The position numbers were made by a program, and so were the translations under genes. This document shows, piece after piece, positions 26,885-39,279 of a stretch of 64,000 bases of DNA. The notes beneath the pieces were generated by a model. It ran no database searches, was not told the DNA's origin, and worked only from the letters and a program-made list of their open reading frames with translations. How positions within the stretch are numbered: position 1 is the stretch's first letter; each line of letters begins with the position of its first letter. Location: contig QPGO01000062.1 in assembly GCA_008632985.1 (NCBI GenBank), positions 248,001 to 312,000 on the forward strand, in the 5' to 3' direction. The DNA comes from Psammoneis japonica. Its lineage: Eukaryota.

Positions 26885-27997
26885 TCATTTCATGCTTGTT
26901 GTACCTTGTTGTTGTTTTTCCATGTGTCGTTTGATCCAATCATAGGTGGGTAAGTAGAGTGCCGTAAAGGGCACCAACCACGCCACTCGTGCATCGGCTC
27001 CAGCAAACACCGAGAGCGCACCGTGGTTGTGAATCGTCGAGACGAAACAATCAAAAAAATTGTCGTACGAATTCACCATGACTTTGGTTTTGATCGTATC
27101 GAGTGGTGTCGTGACAAAGGCAGCTACACCACCGGTAACTGCGGCAGCGCAAATGTCTCGTTGCCACGGTTCCAATCGTGACATCCATGATGAATCATTA
27201 TTATTGTTTTCGTCTTGTTGTTTGGATTCGGTTGTCTTTTTCAATAAATCATATAAACCAAGTTCAATCATGGTGTAGGGTACATCTCGGAGACACACTC
27301 CGTCGTAGCCACAAAAAAAGCCCATAACACCCTGCGTTTGATATATACTCTTGGCAGCCTCCATCAAATCGGAATGCAATCCCATTTGCAATTGTTGCTT
27401 GAGCAATTCTCCTGGAACAATAATGGACGATGATACGACAAAGGCAACGGCGGCACACACAAAGGATGACACGTGTTGAAGTTGTGATTTCTTGGTGGAT
27501 ATGCGCGGCTGAATGTATTGCTGAAGCGATTCGTATGTGGCAAATTTAAGTGCCCCACCCATGGCATCCGACGTGGCGTACGCTCCCAAACCACGATAAA
27601 AACCACCAAGTCCATAGGTATGCCACAAGTACAGGATACCGCCCATCATGCCGCTGCCGCTACTGCCACTAGTTACCATCATGCCCTCATCACTTTGTAA
27701 CAAAGTCTTGATGCAATCGACAGGATGCATGGCAGAATCACTCACGAGTGTAGCAAGACTTCCAGCCAAGGCCAATTGCCATAGATCCAACGATACATCA
27801 TCATCAGCATCATCATACTCGTGTAAGAGTTCCGATTCAGGAAATTCCAAATGATGCGGTGAATCGACTTTTTGTTGTTTGGGTGGAGTAGTTATGGATT
27901 GCGTTTTCGACACACTGCTGAATCCAAAAGTCTTGCAAGAGAAACTTTGGAGACAAAAGAGCACAGCAAATGTGCGGTGATGCCAACTAGCTGTCAT
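26885..27997 (-). CDS. Mitochondrial carrier family protein (SAM-carrier-like) with signal-peptide-like N-terminus
   Basis: Three signatures HPVDCIKTLLQ, VPGELLKQQLQ and TPLDTIKTKVM, plus RDVPY. Confidence 0.9.
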   Translation of the reverse strand: MTASWHHRTFAVLFCLQSFSCKTFGFSSVSKTQSITTPPKQQKVDSPHHLEFPESELLHEYDDADDDVSLDLWQLALAGSLATLVSDSAMHPVDCIKTLLQSDEGMMVTSGSSGSGMMGGILYLWHTYGLGGFYRGLGAYATSDAMGGALKFATYESLQQYIQPRISTKKSQLQHVSSFVCAAVAFVVSSSIIVPGELLKQQLQMGLHSDLMEAAKSIYQTQGVMGFFCGYDGVCLRDVPYTMIELGLYDLLKKTTESKQQDENNNNDSSWMSRLEPWQRDICAAAVTGGVAAFVTTPLDTIKTKVMVNSYDNFFDCFVSTIHNHGALSVFAGADARVAWLVPFTALYLPTYDWIKRHMEKQQQGTTSMK

Positions 27998-28303
27998 GGT
28001 GATGCTGCTGCAGGCTGCAGTTTCACAGAAAGATGAATGAGAATGCAGAGAGCGAGAATGCCGATGACGGTTGATGTCTTCGTCGGTGTCATCAAAAATA
28101 TCCGAAAACGAACAGCGCTGCCAGCCCGATCATGCACGCGACATGCGCGAATTTGTGACGCACTTTCGAAATTTCAATCCAACATTCATAGATTCATACA
28201 ACATATGTTCTTCATCTTATGCATATATTCAGAGCTGATTGAAATATAAATTTTGCTTCTTGTTCTCTTTGGCATCAGTTTTTCTGCTTCAGAAATCTCG
28301 ACA

Positions 28304-29713
28304 ATGAGCCACGCTGATGCGGCTTCATCAGCGTCCTTATTATTGAGCAGCCACGGCCACTGGGATTGTTATCATGGTGTTTCCACCCATGCCATGTTGC
28401 AAGCATGTTTGAATATCAATCCCAGTAGCAGAGAGACATTAGAAGCGTACATTGTGCAGCACGTTGAACCCATTGCGAATCAAATCTTTTCCGAAACGAT
28501 TAATGTTGGACAGGTTTTGTCACAGCAACAACAACAACATGAGGGAGACACAAATACTATACCAACCAAAAGTGTAAAATTATCACGACTTTTGGACGTC
28601 TTGTCGATGGAGTCTGACGTGAGTCTGCCGCCATGCGTGCAGAGTATTGTCAAGACGACCTTTACCGAGGTGGAGCAAGCTCTGACGTTAAACAAAACAG
28701 AAGAGCCTTGTTGTGTAAGTCTCGAGACGGTATTGGAAACAATCGCAACCGCTCTGGCTTTGGATAGACTCAAGGTTTCAACGTTTTCGTGTAGTCCAAT
28801 TCCAGTGGTGTTTGGTCCCACTCAAAATAATTCTGATTCGTGCGAACCTACACCGAGTCATGCCGTGATGCAACTCTTGATTGGTATGCCTACGTATTCT
28901 CCAAAAGCATCCAGTGCAGTACCCTTGCTTACCCTGACAGGTTTAGCTTTATTAAAAGCCTTGACGACGAGAATCGGAACGTTGTCTGAAACGACGCAGC
29001 TGCCGTCCTGCTTTACACCACGAGCCGTCGGAATCGGATCGTCTTCACAAGAGGCAGACAAGAATAACGCGGCGGTTGCATCCTTACGATTGATAATTGG
29101 CGACGATAACGAAAACACAACACTAAAGATTCCAGACACAATATCCAATTCGAATTATGCACAAGAATTGAATTGGAAAATGGATAAACTTGTGCACTTG
29201 ACAACCAATGTCGACGACACAACGCCCGAAGTCTTGGCCTTTGTCGTGGACAAGCTGCTTCAGTCGGGTGCGGCGGATTCGTGGGTACAACCAATCGTCA
29301 TGAAAAAGGGAAGACCCGCCCATGCTTTGCATTGTCTTGCCGTGGAAAAGGAAAAGGACACTGCCTTTTATCATGGTTTCATGGAAATTATCTTTCGAGA
29401 AACGGGAACATTGGGTATACGAATCCAACGAAACTTGGATCGGGCTGCCTTGTATCGAGAAATGATTCCAGTTCAAACGCCCTATACATCGGATGCACAG
29501 ACCAAGGGTATTGTTAATGTCAAGGTGGGATACTTCTTGCGCAGCAACAACAAAGAGCCGGTATCCGTCAAGGCTGAATTTGATCACTGTCAAAGTATTT
29601 CAAGGGCAACCGGTGTGCCATTGAAGCAGATTGCTGCAAGCGCAACAAATCAAGTGTGGGCAACACTACGGAACAAGGAAGAGCATGATCATTATCGACA
29701 TCCACAAGGATAG
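28304..29713 (+). CDS. larC: LarC-like nickel insertase (nickel-pincer cofactor biosynthesis)
   Basis: TNVDDTTPE, PIVMKKGRPA, IFRETGTLGIR and KAEFDHCQSISRATGVPLKQI match the LarC C-terminal domain. N-terminal WDCYHGVS and PTPS are weaker matches. Confidence 0.85.
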   Translation: MSHADAASSASLLLSSHGHWDCYHGVSTHAMLQACLNINPSSRETLEAYIVQHVEPIANQIFSETINVGQVLSQQQQQHEGDTNTIPTKSVKLSRLLDVLSMESDVSLPPCVQSIVKTTFTEVEQALTLNKTEEPCCVSLETVLETIATALALDRLKVSTFSCSPIPVVFGPTQNNSDSCEPTPSHAVMQLLIGMPTYSPKASSAVPLLTLTGLALLKALTTRIGTLSETTQLPSCFTPRAVGIGSSSQEADKNNAAVASLRLIIGDDNENTTLKIPDTISNSNYAQELNWKMDKLVHLTTNVDDTTPEVLAFVVDKLLQSGAADSWVQPIVMKKGRPAHALHCLAVEKEKDTAFYHGFMEIIFRETGTLGIRIQRNLDRAALYREMIPVQTPYTSDAQTKGIVNVKVGYFLRSNNKEPVSVKAEFDHCQSISRATGVPLKQIAASATNQVWATLRNKEEHDHYRHPQG

Positions 29714-30811
29714 CGTTTTGTATGTGCGCGCGTTATGGGCGGGAGACGACAATATAATGTGAAATTTTCAATTATTACCATGCTATGCACCACGCATACT
29801 GAAGAATAATTGCGTGGGATTGAGAGGGTAACACAAGCGCACCCTCCATAGCCATTGAGTTCCTATCCTCGCTACTACATACGTCGCGGGGGGTCATCGG
29901 TTCTCTGTGCTTGCGTGTTGATGCCAGCACCTTACAGGCGAAGCAACGCACGACCTATACTTTGTCGGATCTTCCGCCGCATTTCTGGAGACTACGAATA
30001 TCTCATTATTGGAGCTATCGAATACTTTATGGCGACCGCACATCTATCCCGTTATTCTTTCGATCATCATATGCCGCACAAGAGAGGTCAGCAGGCGCAT
30101 GCAAATTGTACCTAAACGACAATCATAAGCTTACGCAGTTTCGCAGCTAACAAGAACTAGTGCACATTGCGACTGTTTCCTTCGCGCATATTATAAGACG
30201 GTATTGTAGCTCTCTCTGTCTCTCTAGTAGTAGAGGCTCACTTTGTCGCTAAAGAAGTGTCAACCGTACATACTCTCGATAGAGAGTACGGTAGATATAG
30301 AGGGGCATCGTTGTTCTCGATCCATGTTACAGTTCGCGGTTCCTGTCGCTTCGAAAGACTGTCCCCCTTTTGTCCTCCAAGCAGGATTGCTTAGGGGAAA
30401 CCGTTGCCGCTTCCGTTGATGTTGGAAAGACTTATTGGTCGCACAAACAGAGATTCAGTCGTATTTTCATGTTTCTGTGTCTAACTCACATGGTGTCCTC
30501 ATACTCAGGTACGTAATTAGGGGTATTTCAATAGCCCATTTCTTGTTTCTTTGTTTCCGTACCCTAAGTGGATAGAATAAAACGGTCATTCTCAACGACA
30601 TTGATGTTGTTGGTTGGTTTCGCCGACTCGCCTTTTTGAGTTTTTCAACCAAAAAACTTTCGGCTTCTCTTTATGTTTTAAGTCGAATAAGGGCGGGAGA
30701 ATGTTCCTCGAACTACGAATAACGACGGCACTGAGCTAATCATCTCATTGGTAACGTCAAGTTGCATGCGCTGAATCAAAAGGTAGAAAACGCACTTGCT
30801 GACGAGGTCAA

Positions 30812-33672
30812 ATGACAACAGAGAGCTCGCATACTAAGGAAAGCTCCTGGAACAGCATGTTTCAGCGACTTATGCAGTATAATGAAGAGCATGGCGACAG
30901 CTCGGTATATTCAGAATACGAAGAAGATCCAAAACTAAATCAATGGGCACAAGCTCAACGCATACTCTATAAGAAGGGCTCCTTGACTGCTGATCAAACT
31001 GCTAAGCTCGATTCTGTTGGCTTTGCATGGTCTGATGATTGGGAAACAATGCTCAAAGCTCTACAAACTTATAAAGCTGATAACGGGGATTGCCTTGTTC
31101 CACAGCATCACCCACAGCTGGGTTCGTGGGTAGATCGTCTGCGCACTGAAATGGACGAGAACCGTATTGATCCAGAAAGAAAAAGGGTACTGGACGAGAT
31201 TGGGTTTGTCTGGAAGGTCGCCGCTGACAACTGGGATGTCATGTATGGCCGACTGGAAAAGTACAGGGAGGTCCAAGGAAACTGCACCGTGCCCCAACAG
31301 TATGACGAGGATCCAGAACTTGGTAACTGGTAAGCAGAGACTCTCTAGCCGTGCGATACGTGTCGTGTCTCATTCGTGCATCTGCCGCGGCGCCTGCTGT
31401 AGCATTGTCACATGCATTCGTGCTTCGTCTAATCATTCGCCCTTTGCTTTGCTTCTCTGTGTCTGCACATCTACTATCCTGCACGCTATACCATTCACCA
31501 TGCATAAATATAAGGGTCGATATGCAACGATCCATGAAGAGCCAGGACAACTTATCCATCGAACGAGAGGAGAAGCTTAACCAACTCGGTTTCGACTGGA
31601 GCTTCACCCAAGAACCGTGGGAGGCCATGTTTGACCAGCTATCAAAGTATAAGGAAAGGAATGGTGACTGTCTTGTACCCGCAGGCCACGTTGAAAATCC
31701 TAAACTCGCAAGGTGGGTACGTGTCGTGTCTCATTCGTGCATCTGCTGCTGCGGCACCTGCTGCACGCAGCACAGTGTCTCATGCATTCGTGCTTCGTCT
31801 AATCTTTCGTCCTTATATTCTTTATCGCTTCTCTTTGTCGCACATCCCAAGGTGGGTGAAGGAACAACGAAAGAAGAAGAAAGGCATGTTGGATTCCAGA
31901 AAGAGCCGTCTCGATTCTATCGGCTTCATTTGGTCTGTCCCAGAAGCCCGGTGGGAGAGAATGTACAAAGCACTGGTAAGCAGTCCAATTCAAAAAGTCG
32001 CTCCTGAAGCAACCAGATATACCCCGTCTTAATATACTTCTTGTTTTCCTCGTTCCCTTATATGCGCCGCATCTTTTGACTGTCATTGCCCGCGCAGTTG
32101 GAATACAGACAAGTTCATGGCGATTGCAATGTACCGAAAAGATATCCTCCCAATCCTCAGTTGGGAAGGTGGGTGCACAACCAGCGCCTTCGTATGAACG
32201 ACACTCAAGCCGATCGTCAAGAACGACTCGAAGCACTCGGATTCTACGATGCCACCTGGGCTAGGAGCAAAAGGAGAATGACGCTACTCGAACTGGAGGA
32301 GTCCAACAGTGAACGCAAAAAAGCCACTGCATCCTTGTCTTCATCACAAGAAGGCAATCCTCCTCTAGGAAGACACGGACCATCTCAAAGTGATCAAGGC
32401 AGATCTATTCCGTCTGAAAGTCCTCGTAACTGTTTCATTCTTCCAGCTCCACATCGAGCATCAGATTCGACGGCCGCATCTGCAAACGTATTGAATCAAC
32501 AAGCCGATGATCCTCGACTCGATAGTTCACGAATGGGTCCTTTTCTTCTTCCTGCTCCACCTCTGGCAGACTCGACAACCGCATCTGCAACCACGTCGAA
32601 TTCATCACAATTCGGTGATCCCCACTTATTGGGCACATCATCTCACAACAGAATTCTTCTTCCAGCTAGACCTCGGGCAGACTCGACAACCGCGTTTGCA
32701 CCCATATCAAATTCAGCGCAATTCGGTGATCCCCACTTATTGGGCACATCATCTCACAACAGAATTCTTCTTCCAGCTAGACCTCGGGCAGACTCGACAA
32801 CCGCGTTTGCACCCATATCAAATTCAGCGCAATTCGGTGATCCCCACTTATTAGGCACATCATCTCACAACCGAATTCTTCTTCCAGCTAGGCCTCGAGC
32901 AGACTCGACAACCGCATCTGTAACCACATCGAATTCATCACAATTAGGTGATATCCACTTCGACGCTTCTCGCAACCGTCTTCTTCTTCCAGCTCGACCT
33001 CGAGCAGACTCGACAACCGCATCTGCTACCATATCGAATTCATCACAATTCGGTGATCCTCAATTTGATATTACTCATAGCCGCAGCATTCTTCCTGCTC
33101 CCTATCGAGCAGACTCGACAACTGCATCTGCTATCATATCGGATTCATCACAAGTCGACGAGTCTCAAAACCTTTCAAGATTTCTGCCACTCGCGCCCTC
33201 TCAAATCGGGCCACGACATCACCTTCCAGTGATGCGCAATACTCTTCAACGAGAACACCTTGGATTCATTCCTTCAGAAAACCCACTCTTGTCAGGGCAA
33301 GGCATTTTTCAAGTACAGCCTCCAATTTTGAACCAGACAAGAGCCGTGGAGGCGGATATGCCATACCCAAATTTGATGCTGCCCATACAAAGAACAACAG
33401 CATTGGAGCATCGTCTGCGTATACGTGAACTTGAAGCTTTACGTCACCATCAAAACATACAGCAGCAGCTGATGAGTGGCCTCCCATCCATGTATCCTGA
33501 CTACAACAACAATAACCTATTCCATAGCAACAGCCTGATCGTCGGGCAGCCCATCATTTTGCCTTTGATAAGTCCCAGAAGAACGGTGGCCGCAGAACCA
33601 ATTGACGAAATTCGCTCTGCTCCAGACGTACCATTCGATGGAGAAAGTGAAGAAGAAGAAGATCAAGACTGA
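30812..33672 (+). CDS. Helicase-associated (HA) repeat protein with repetitive Ser/Pro-rich tail; introns 31330-31514, 31713-31851, 31976-32097
   Basis: Five HA repeats (W..M...L..Y....GDC.VP......LG.WV..QR......LD.IGF.W). Three GT-AG introns restore the frame. Confidence 0.85.
32560..33150 (+). repeat. Coding tandem repeat, unit about 126-129 bp (42-43 aa), about 5 copies
   Basis: ADSTTA..PISNSAQFGDPHLLGTSSHNRILLPARPR is repeated; the central copies are nearly identical. Confidence 0.9.
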
Positions 33673-34010
33673 TGCAAAGATTACCAATGAAAGTTGGAAA
33701 GGAATAGCTTTTTCGTGGTATAAATGCTAGGGGGTTCATCTCCCGAAGAATGCTCTGCGGCAATAGACTACAGCACAGGTACGCATTCTTTCTGAGTTCT
33801 GAGAGAGATTCAAAGAACCGCACTCCTATCTATCATCTGATAGCAATGGGATCATTTTTGTTGCCAAGGCTAGTATGATAACATAATTACTAACTACTAG
33901 AGCTTGCGTTTTTGGAATTGTCATAACTTATTTTGGGCCTGCCATTGCGATGAGGTTTTAGTTTTTCCCGCCCTCGTGTCGCCGGACGACAGACAAACTC
34001 TTTTCAAATC
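33609..34010 (+). repeat. Copy 1 of a ~400-bp direct repeat (3' end of HA gene plus downstream DNA)
   Basis: Aligns with 38766-39165 (SAPDVPFDGESEEEDQD; tatctatcatctga; gcaatgggatcatttttgttg; gccggacgac). Confidence 0.9.
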
Positions 34011-34406
34011 TCAGGTCCGTCCGTCCGTCCGTCGCGAGACTCAATTTGCGATGGTGAAAGAACTCGCGACACGATGCGCGATGTTATTGATGGGATGCAG
34101 ATGGGATGGTGCGACTGTTGAATCGATTCGTGATTTACTGTGTGAAAGTCGAATCGATTCGGGAAACAATGTGCGATAGTTTTATGGACTCGAGACACAA
34201 ATGTGCGATGGTTGTCGATGATTCGTGCATTCAGAATCGCGGCAATGAGAGAGCCTTCTACTGGCTGGTGCTCCCGAACGGGAAGTGAGCCGCACGGAGA
34301 TTGAGTCAGCGATGAAAACGCGATTAAAGTCCCTTTTGCCTCACTGGTAGTTGGGGTTTTCCTTCAACTCATAAAATTTGCCGCCAGCAAAAAGATACTC
34401 AACACA

Positions 34407-35762
34407 ATGCGGTTTTTCTGGAGAGTCGCTTCCCTTTCTGCTTTACTCGCCATCTCAGTGCGAGGTGGGCGTAACGACAACGAAGAAGAGACAGGCCGCC
34501 CACCCGTTGACAACCTGAGAGGAGACAAGAACGGTGAAGAGCGCGACACTGAAATCATCGCCGAGGCCATGGGCGTTGACGTGTCCACGGCCAAGGAGCA
34601 CTTGCAGATCCAACGCAACTTCAAGGATTTGGTCAAGAAGCTAGAAAAGCATGAAGACTTTGCAGACTCCGTCATGGCAAAGAATCCTGGAGACGACCTT
34701 GAAATCTACTTTAAGACGAAGGTGCCCACTGAATTTGAAGAAGACATCAAAGCTTTCAAGAACAACAATAAGGTGAATGTGCAGGAGAAGAGCACCAAAA
34801 AATCATTGAAGGAGCAAGAGAAGGTGGCCGACAAGATCACAAAGTTTCTTGAAAAGAAGGGATTTTCAAACGTCGGGTATGTTCTCAGCGCTGGACATGT
34901 CCAAGTCTTGGCTGAAACTAAAAAAGGGGACGAAGACGACATGAAGGATGAAAAAGAGATTAACTTTGAGAAGTTAGAAAAGAAGGCCAAGAAGATTCTC
35001 CGCAAGCTTCTTGATGAGGACGAGCTTGACGGGGTGGGTCTCTTTATTTCTTCGGAGTCAACGGATCGAGACGACCACACTCGTGGAGGGCGACAGGTCT
35101 ATAGTTCAACCTCGGCGTGCACGTCAGGCTTTTCCGTGGTTGACTCGTCAGGCACTACGGGTATCGCGACGGCTGCCCACTGCAATGTCAACACGTACGA
35201 TACAGGGCAGGCGGGAGAGACCGATTATGCCATGACGCTCCAAGGAGAGCACAATGGAAGTTGGGGAGACTTTGAATGGCATACCACTACCCATTGGGAG
35301 CTTCCCGAATTTTGGGCGACTCCTGACGACTTGTGGTATGTCGTCAGTGTAGACTCTAGCTTTTCAAGGAATGATTGGGTATGTGTATACAGCCGCATGC
35401 GAGGACGTCGTTTCTGCGATCAGATTGAAAATACCAATATCAAACAAGGTGGCACGAGCCGTCTTGTTGCAATGTGGCACGACGACACAGTCAGTGGAGA
35501 TAGCGGCGGCCCGTGGTCATGGGGTTCTAATGCAGCTGGACTCGTGAAAGGTGCGAAGAAGGTAAGGATCGGCATGGTTCTCTTCTCTTTCCATGAAAAT
35601 ATTTGTTGAAGGGGAAAATACTAACCAGTTCTTTGCAATGTTGTTTGGTGACAGTATTGGACTTACTGCGGATTCTTGACGTGGTGCTACTCGTGGCACA
35701 GTACTTGGTCTCGCGCCTCTTACCTTCCCAACGGGTTAGGAGTCAGCGTCCTTGTGCGCTAG
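34407..35762 (+). CDS. Secreted S1 serine protease with long pro-region, alpha-lytic/streptogrisin-like; intron 35562-35654
   Basis: Signal peptide, CTSGFSV...GIATAAHC, WGDFEW and GDSGGPW. The intron GTAAGG...TACTAAC...GACAG gives the C-terminus YWTYCG...LGVSVLVR*. Confidence 0.85.
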
Positions 35763-36199
35763 AGTAGCATTGGCTTTCACATGGTTGAATGCTTGCGTCT
35801 GCTGCGTCAACAAAGAATCAATACATTTATACATCGCAACTGTGTGAGAAGCGGGCGTTTCTGTTAGTTTTCTTAGGATTTACTCATTTAGGTATATTTA
35901 ATTTTATTCTTTCACCAGATAGCCTGTATCGTCAAACTATTATAAGATGACTGACGTTACCGTAGACCTACAGAGGTTACAGAATACATCCATTGGAACA
36001 AGAATCGTCAAAAAGTCACTGGTCAGCTTTGCAGTTTGAGCAAGAGCCATTTGTTTCATCACAACCGAATGGCACGCCGCTGTTCCGAGTCATTGCAATC
36101 AACTGTGCCCCGACACCATACGGGGTGATCGTTAACATGGTGAGGTGTGTTATGATGCCTTGGATTGGTTTGTTATGTTGTGTTGATGCACATTCTGCA

Positions 36200-38800
36200 A
36201 TTCGCTTTGTGGTTTCTCGATGCCTCTCATCTCTCATCGGCATTTCTTGCATCGTGACAGGTGCGACCGGCCGGCACACAGAATCGGTGTTGTTGTTTTC
36301 ACAATCCTGTGGATGGAATCTGGTGGAACAGCAAATGAGTGAGCAAGCATGCAACACAGCAACACCTCTGTCATGCCAGAGTTGAGAGTGTCCTTTTTCA
36401 TGTTGTCACGTGGAGCACCGCCCAGGGCTTGAACAAGCTCCACAGTTTGCACACCCAACTGAGTTTTTTGTTCATGCATTTTGTTGTTTGCATTGCAACC
36501 ATTGACAACTGCATTGGCTTCAAAGCAGCCTGGTTTCACCCCTTTTTTCCCCAGCAATGCTGGATTTTCTGGGGACCTTCCTGCATGAGCTTCGCATGCA
36601 CTCAAACACAATCCACGACTTGCCATGTTTTTCACTCTCTTTTTCACGGTGACTTGGATCTTCTGGAACTTTCAACAGCCAATGGACACCTGCTGCACTC
36701 ACACAAATGTTGAAAGATCCAATTTCAATTTTTTTTTTTCAGCCAAAAAAAAAAAGCCTGTGGCACTGGTGAGTGAAAGTAAAAGCTTGCGCCATTGTGA
36801 GCTTTGCATGCTGGGCAGCTCTTTCAACAGGATTGCTGTCATGCTGCAGGCCATTTGTGCATTGGATGAACCCAAAGACAGAGGCAGTTTGCACTTCTTC
36901 TTTGGATTCTTAAGATCCTGGGGCTTGTGGCCATTGACAGCTGCTGCAGTGCAGGCACCCTGATTGTCATGATTGCGCTCGACAACCATCTTGAGATTCA
37001 TCTGGCATGCCTTGAAGTCAGATGGCCTCACTTCATTCCCTCCAACCAGCAGCTTCCTGACTTCAAGTCATGTGCTGGGTGTTTCTTTGGAGAAGTCTGT
37101 GGCCTTCTTGGTCTCAGCCACAGGCCCTCCAAGATCCAGAGCTTGTTGTTTGCCTTTTGGCAGCAGAGCACTGGATGCATTGATCACAAGCAAAGTGACC
37201 ATGTCCAGTGCACTGCTTCCAGCCAGCAATCTCAGCATGTGTGCGATTCTTCTGAGAGCATGAGCTGCTGCAGCTGTGCCCTTGGCTTTGCCTCCCCAAG
37301 GCAGGGAAAACCTTGCATCCATTCTGGGCACAATTGGAGGATGGCTTGACAAAGGCCCATCCTGTGCCAAAAGCAGCTGGCTTTTTGAGCAGATGTTGCA
37401 CATGTGAACCACCTTGTCTGCACCACATCCAGGTCCATCATTTGGAAGTGTCACAATCAAGTTGAGGTCTGCCAGGCCACCACACACTGGGTTCCTCTCA
37501 ATTCACCCATTGCCCCCAACTCATCCTGGGTTCAATGCAGGAGCAGTGCTCCCATCATGACATTCTGAAGGTGCCAGAGCTCTGTCTTGAATGACTCTTC
37601 CAAAGTTGCCCACACCCATGCATGCACTTGAGTGGAGTGGTGGAAACAGAGTCATCTTCAGATTGGCTTTGTTGAGCTTGCCAATGCAAGGTCTGCTGCC
37701 ATGCTGGCAGCAATGCTCTGTCTTGAGTGACTCTTCCAAAGTTGCCCACCCATGCACGCACTTGAGTGGAGTGGTGGAAACAGTGTCGTAATCAGATTTG
37801 CTTTGTTGAGCTTGCTGATGCAAGGTCTCCTGCCCCGCTGGCAGCAGTGCTGTTGCCAAGCCCCTCCTGTGGCTGTGGTGGCTGCCCCTGCACAGTGTGG
37901 CAGTCAAAGAAAGCCCTGATTGCATTGAGCTTGTTGTTGGCAAGGTGTGGGAAATGAACAGCGTCATTGTCTGTGACATCCTCAGCAAGTCCCTTGACCA
38001 CAGCATTGCCCCAATCTCAGATGGCAGCACCTGGAAAATGTTGTCAGCTTTTGCAAAACCCTGTGCAGTGACACATGCTTGTGCTTTGGACTCACACCCA
38101 ACCCCATTGAGGCAGGCATTGAATGCTGTGGGGGCAAGCATGGTGGTGTGGAGTGCAGCCTCTTTTGCCCTCCTGTGCACCCAACAGGCAACAAAAATGC
38201 CAGCGGCAAATGCAAAGCACACCTGAGCACATCTTGACAACGCAGTTCACACATCACATCTTCTGAGGACAGTCGGCCATTTTTGTTGTGCTTTCAGATC
38301 TTCTGACAGAAGAAGCAAGTCGTCACACAGCTCTTTGTCTGTGCCGCGGTCAACTCACAAAAGTGTGGCAGCACAGCTGGATGATCATGGACGTGCAAGA
38401 ACCAGTGCTGGAAATCCCATGAACATCAAGGTGCTCCACATGCAAAGTGCAGGATTGCTGGTGTGGGGAGTCTGGAATTTTCTTGGCGTGTTTCATGAAG
38501 CAGCCAAAAAGGTGTGGTGGCTGGCAAAAACGTCAAAAAAAATTTCAAGACTTTGCCTTTTGTGCCAGGTTGGGCGAGTTCCATTCACAACGTTGGTGAC
38601 GTGTTTGTTGTCGACACTCTCATCCAGGCAGAGACCATGTGTGGTTTTGGCACGGGGCCCAAATCGAAACAAAGACGAGACAAATGGCTCACACAACTGC
38701 TCAGGTTGGTCCCTGTGCCTGGAACCAGCAATTAAAGATTGGCGCATGTGTGCGCGCTTCTTTGGAATTCTCTCTGCTCCAGACGTGCCATTCGATGGAG
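36200..38800 (-). mobile_element. TpA-depleted block 3: decayed LTR-retrotransposon gag-like relic with a 136-bp tandem duplication (37579-37850)
   Basis: Minus-strand fragments VHFPHLANNKLNAIRAFFDCHT, GWATLEESLKT, GWAFVK and GGPVAETKKATDF resemble diatom retroelement Gag. About 4 TA by eye. Confidence 0.55.
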
Positions 38801-39165
38801 AAAGTGAAGAAGAAGATCAAGATTCATGAAGTCTGATGAGTCTGATACACAGATTACGAATGGAACTTGGAAAGAGGACTGTCGTTTTTCGTGGCGTAAA
38901 TGCCAGGGAGTTCATCTGTGCCGAAACTCTGAAGTGTGCTGTCCTTTCTCTGAGTTCAACTCTCTGAGAGATTCGAGATGTACAAAGAGCCGCAATCCCA
39001 CTGTATCTATCATCTGACAGCAATGGGATCATTTTTGTTGCAAGGCTAGTATGATAACTTAAGAACTCTAGCCATTGCGTTTTTGGAGTTGTCATTGTAT
39101 TAGCCCATTTTAGCCCAACTTTGCACGCTCTCTTGTTGCCGGACGACTGACAGATTTTTCAAGTC
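38766..39165 (+). repeat. Copy 2 of the ~400-bp direct repeat (orphan 3' end of HA gene)
   Basis: Aligns with 33609-34010. Several TA sites of copy 1 read TG, CA or CG here. Confidence 0.9.
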
Positions 39166-39279
39166 CGGCCAAAGATTGTGATGTGTGATGATCGTTTGAT
39201 GTGAGGAGAAGCCTGTTCTCAGAAGTCAGAAGTCAAAAGGCCTAGCTTATCAGGATAGTATCCATGTGCAATACATACA

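Noticed and set aside
32560..33150. Regularly spaced repeats as a CRISPR array
   Set aside because: In-frame coding tandem repeat with no unique spacers, in a eukaryotic gene.
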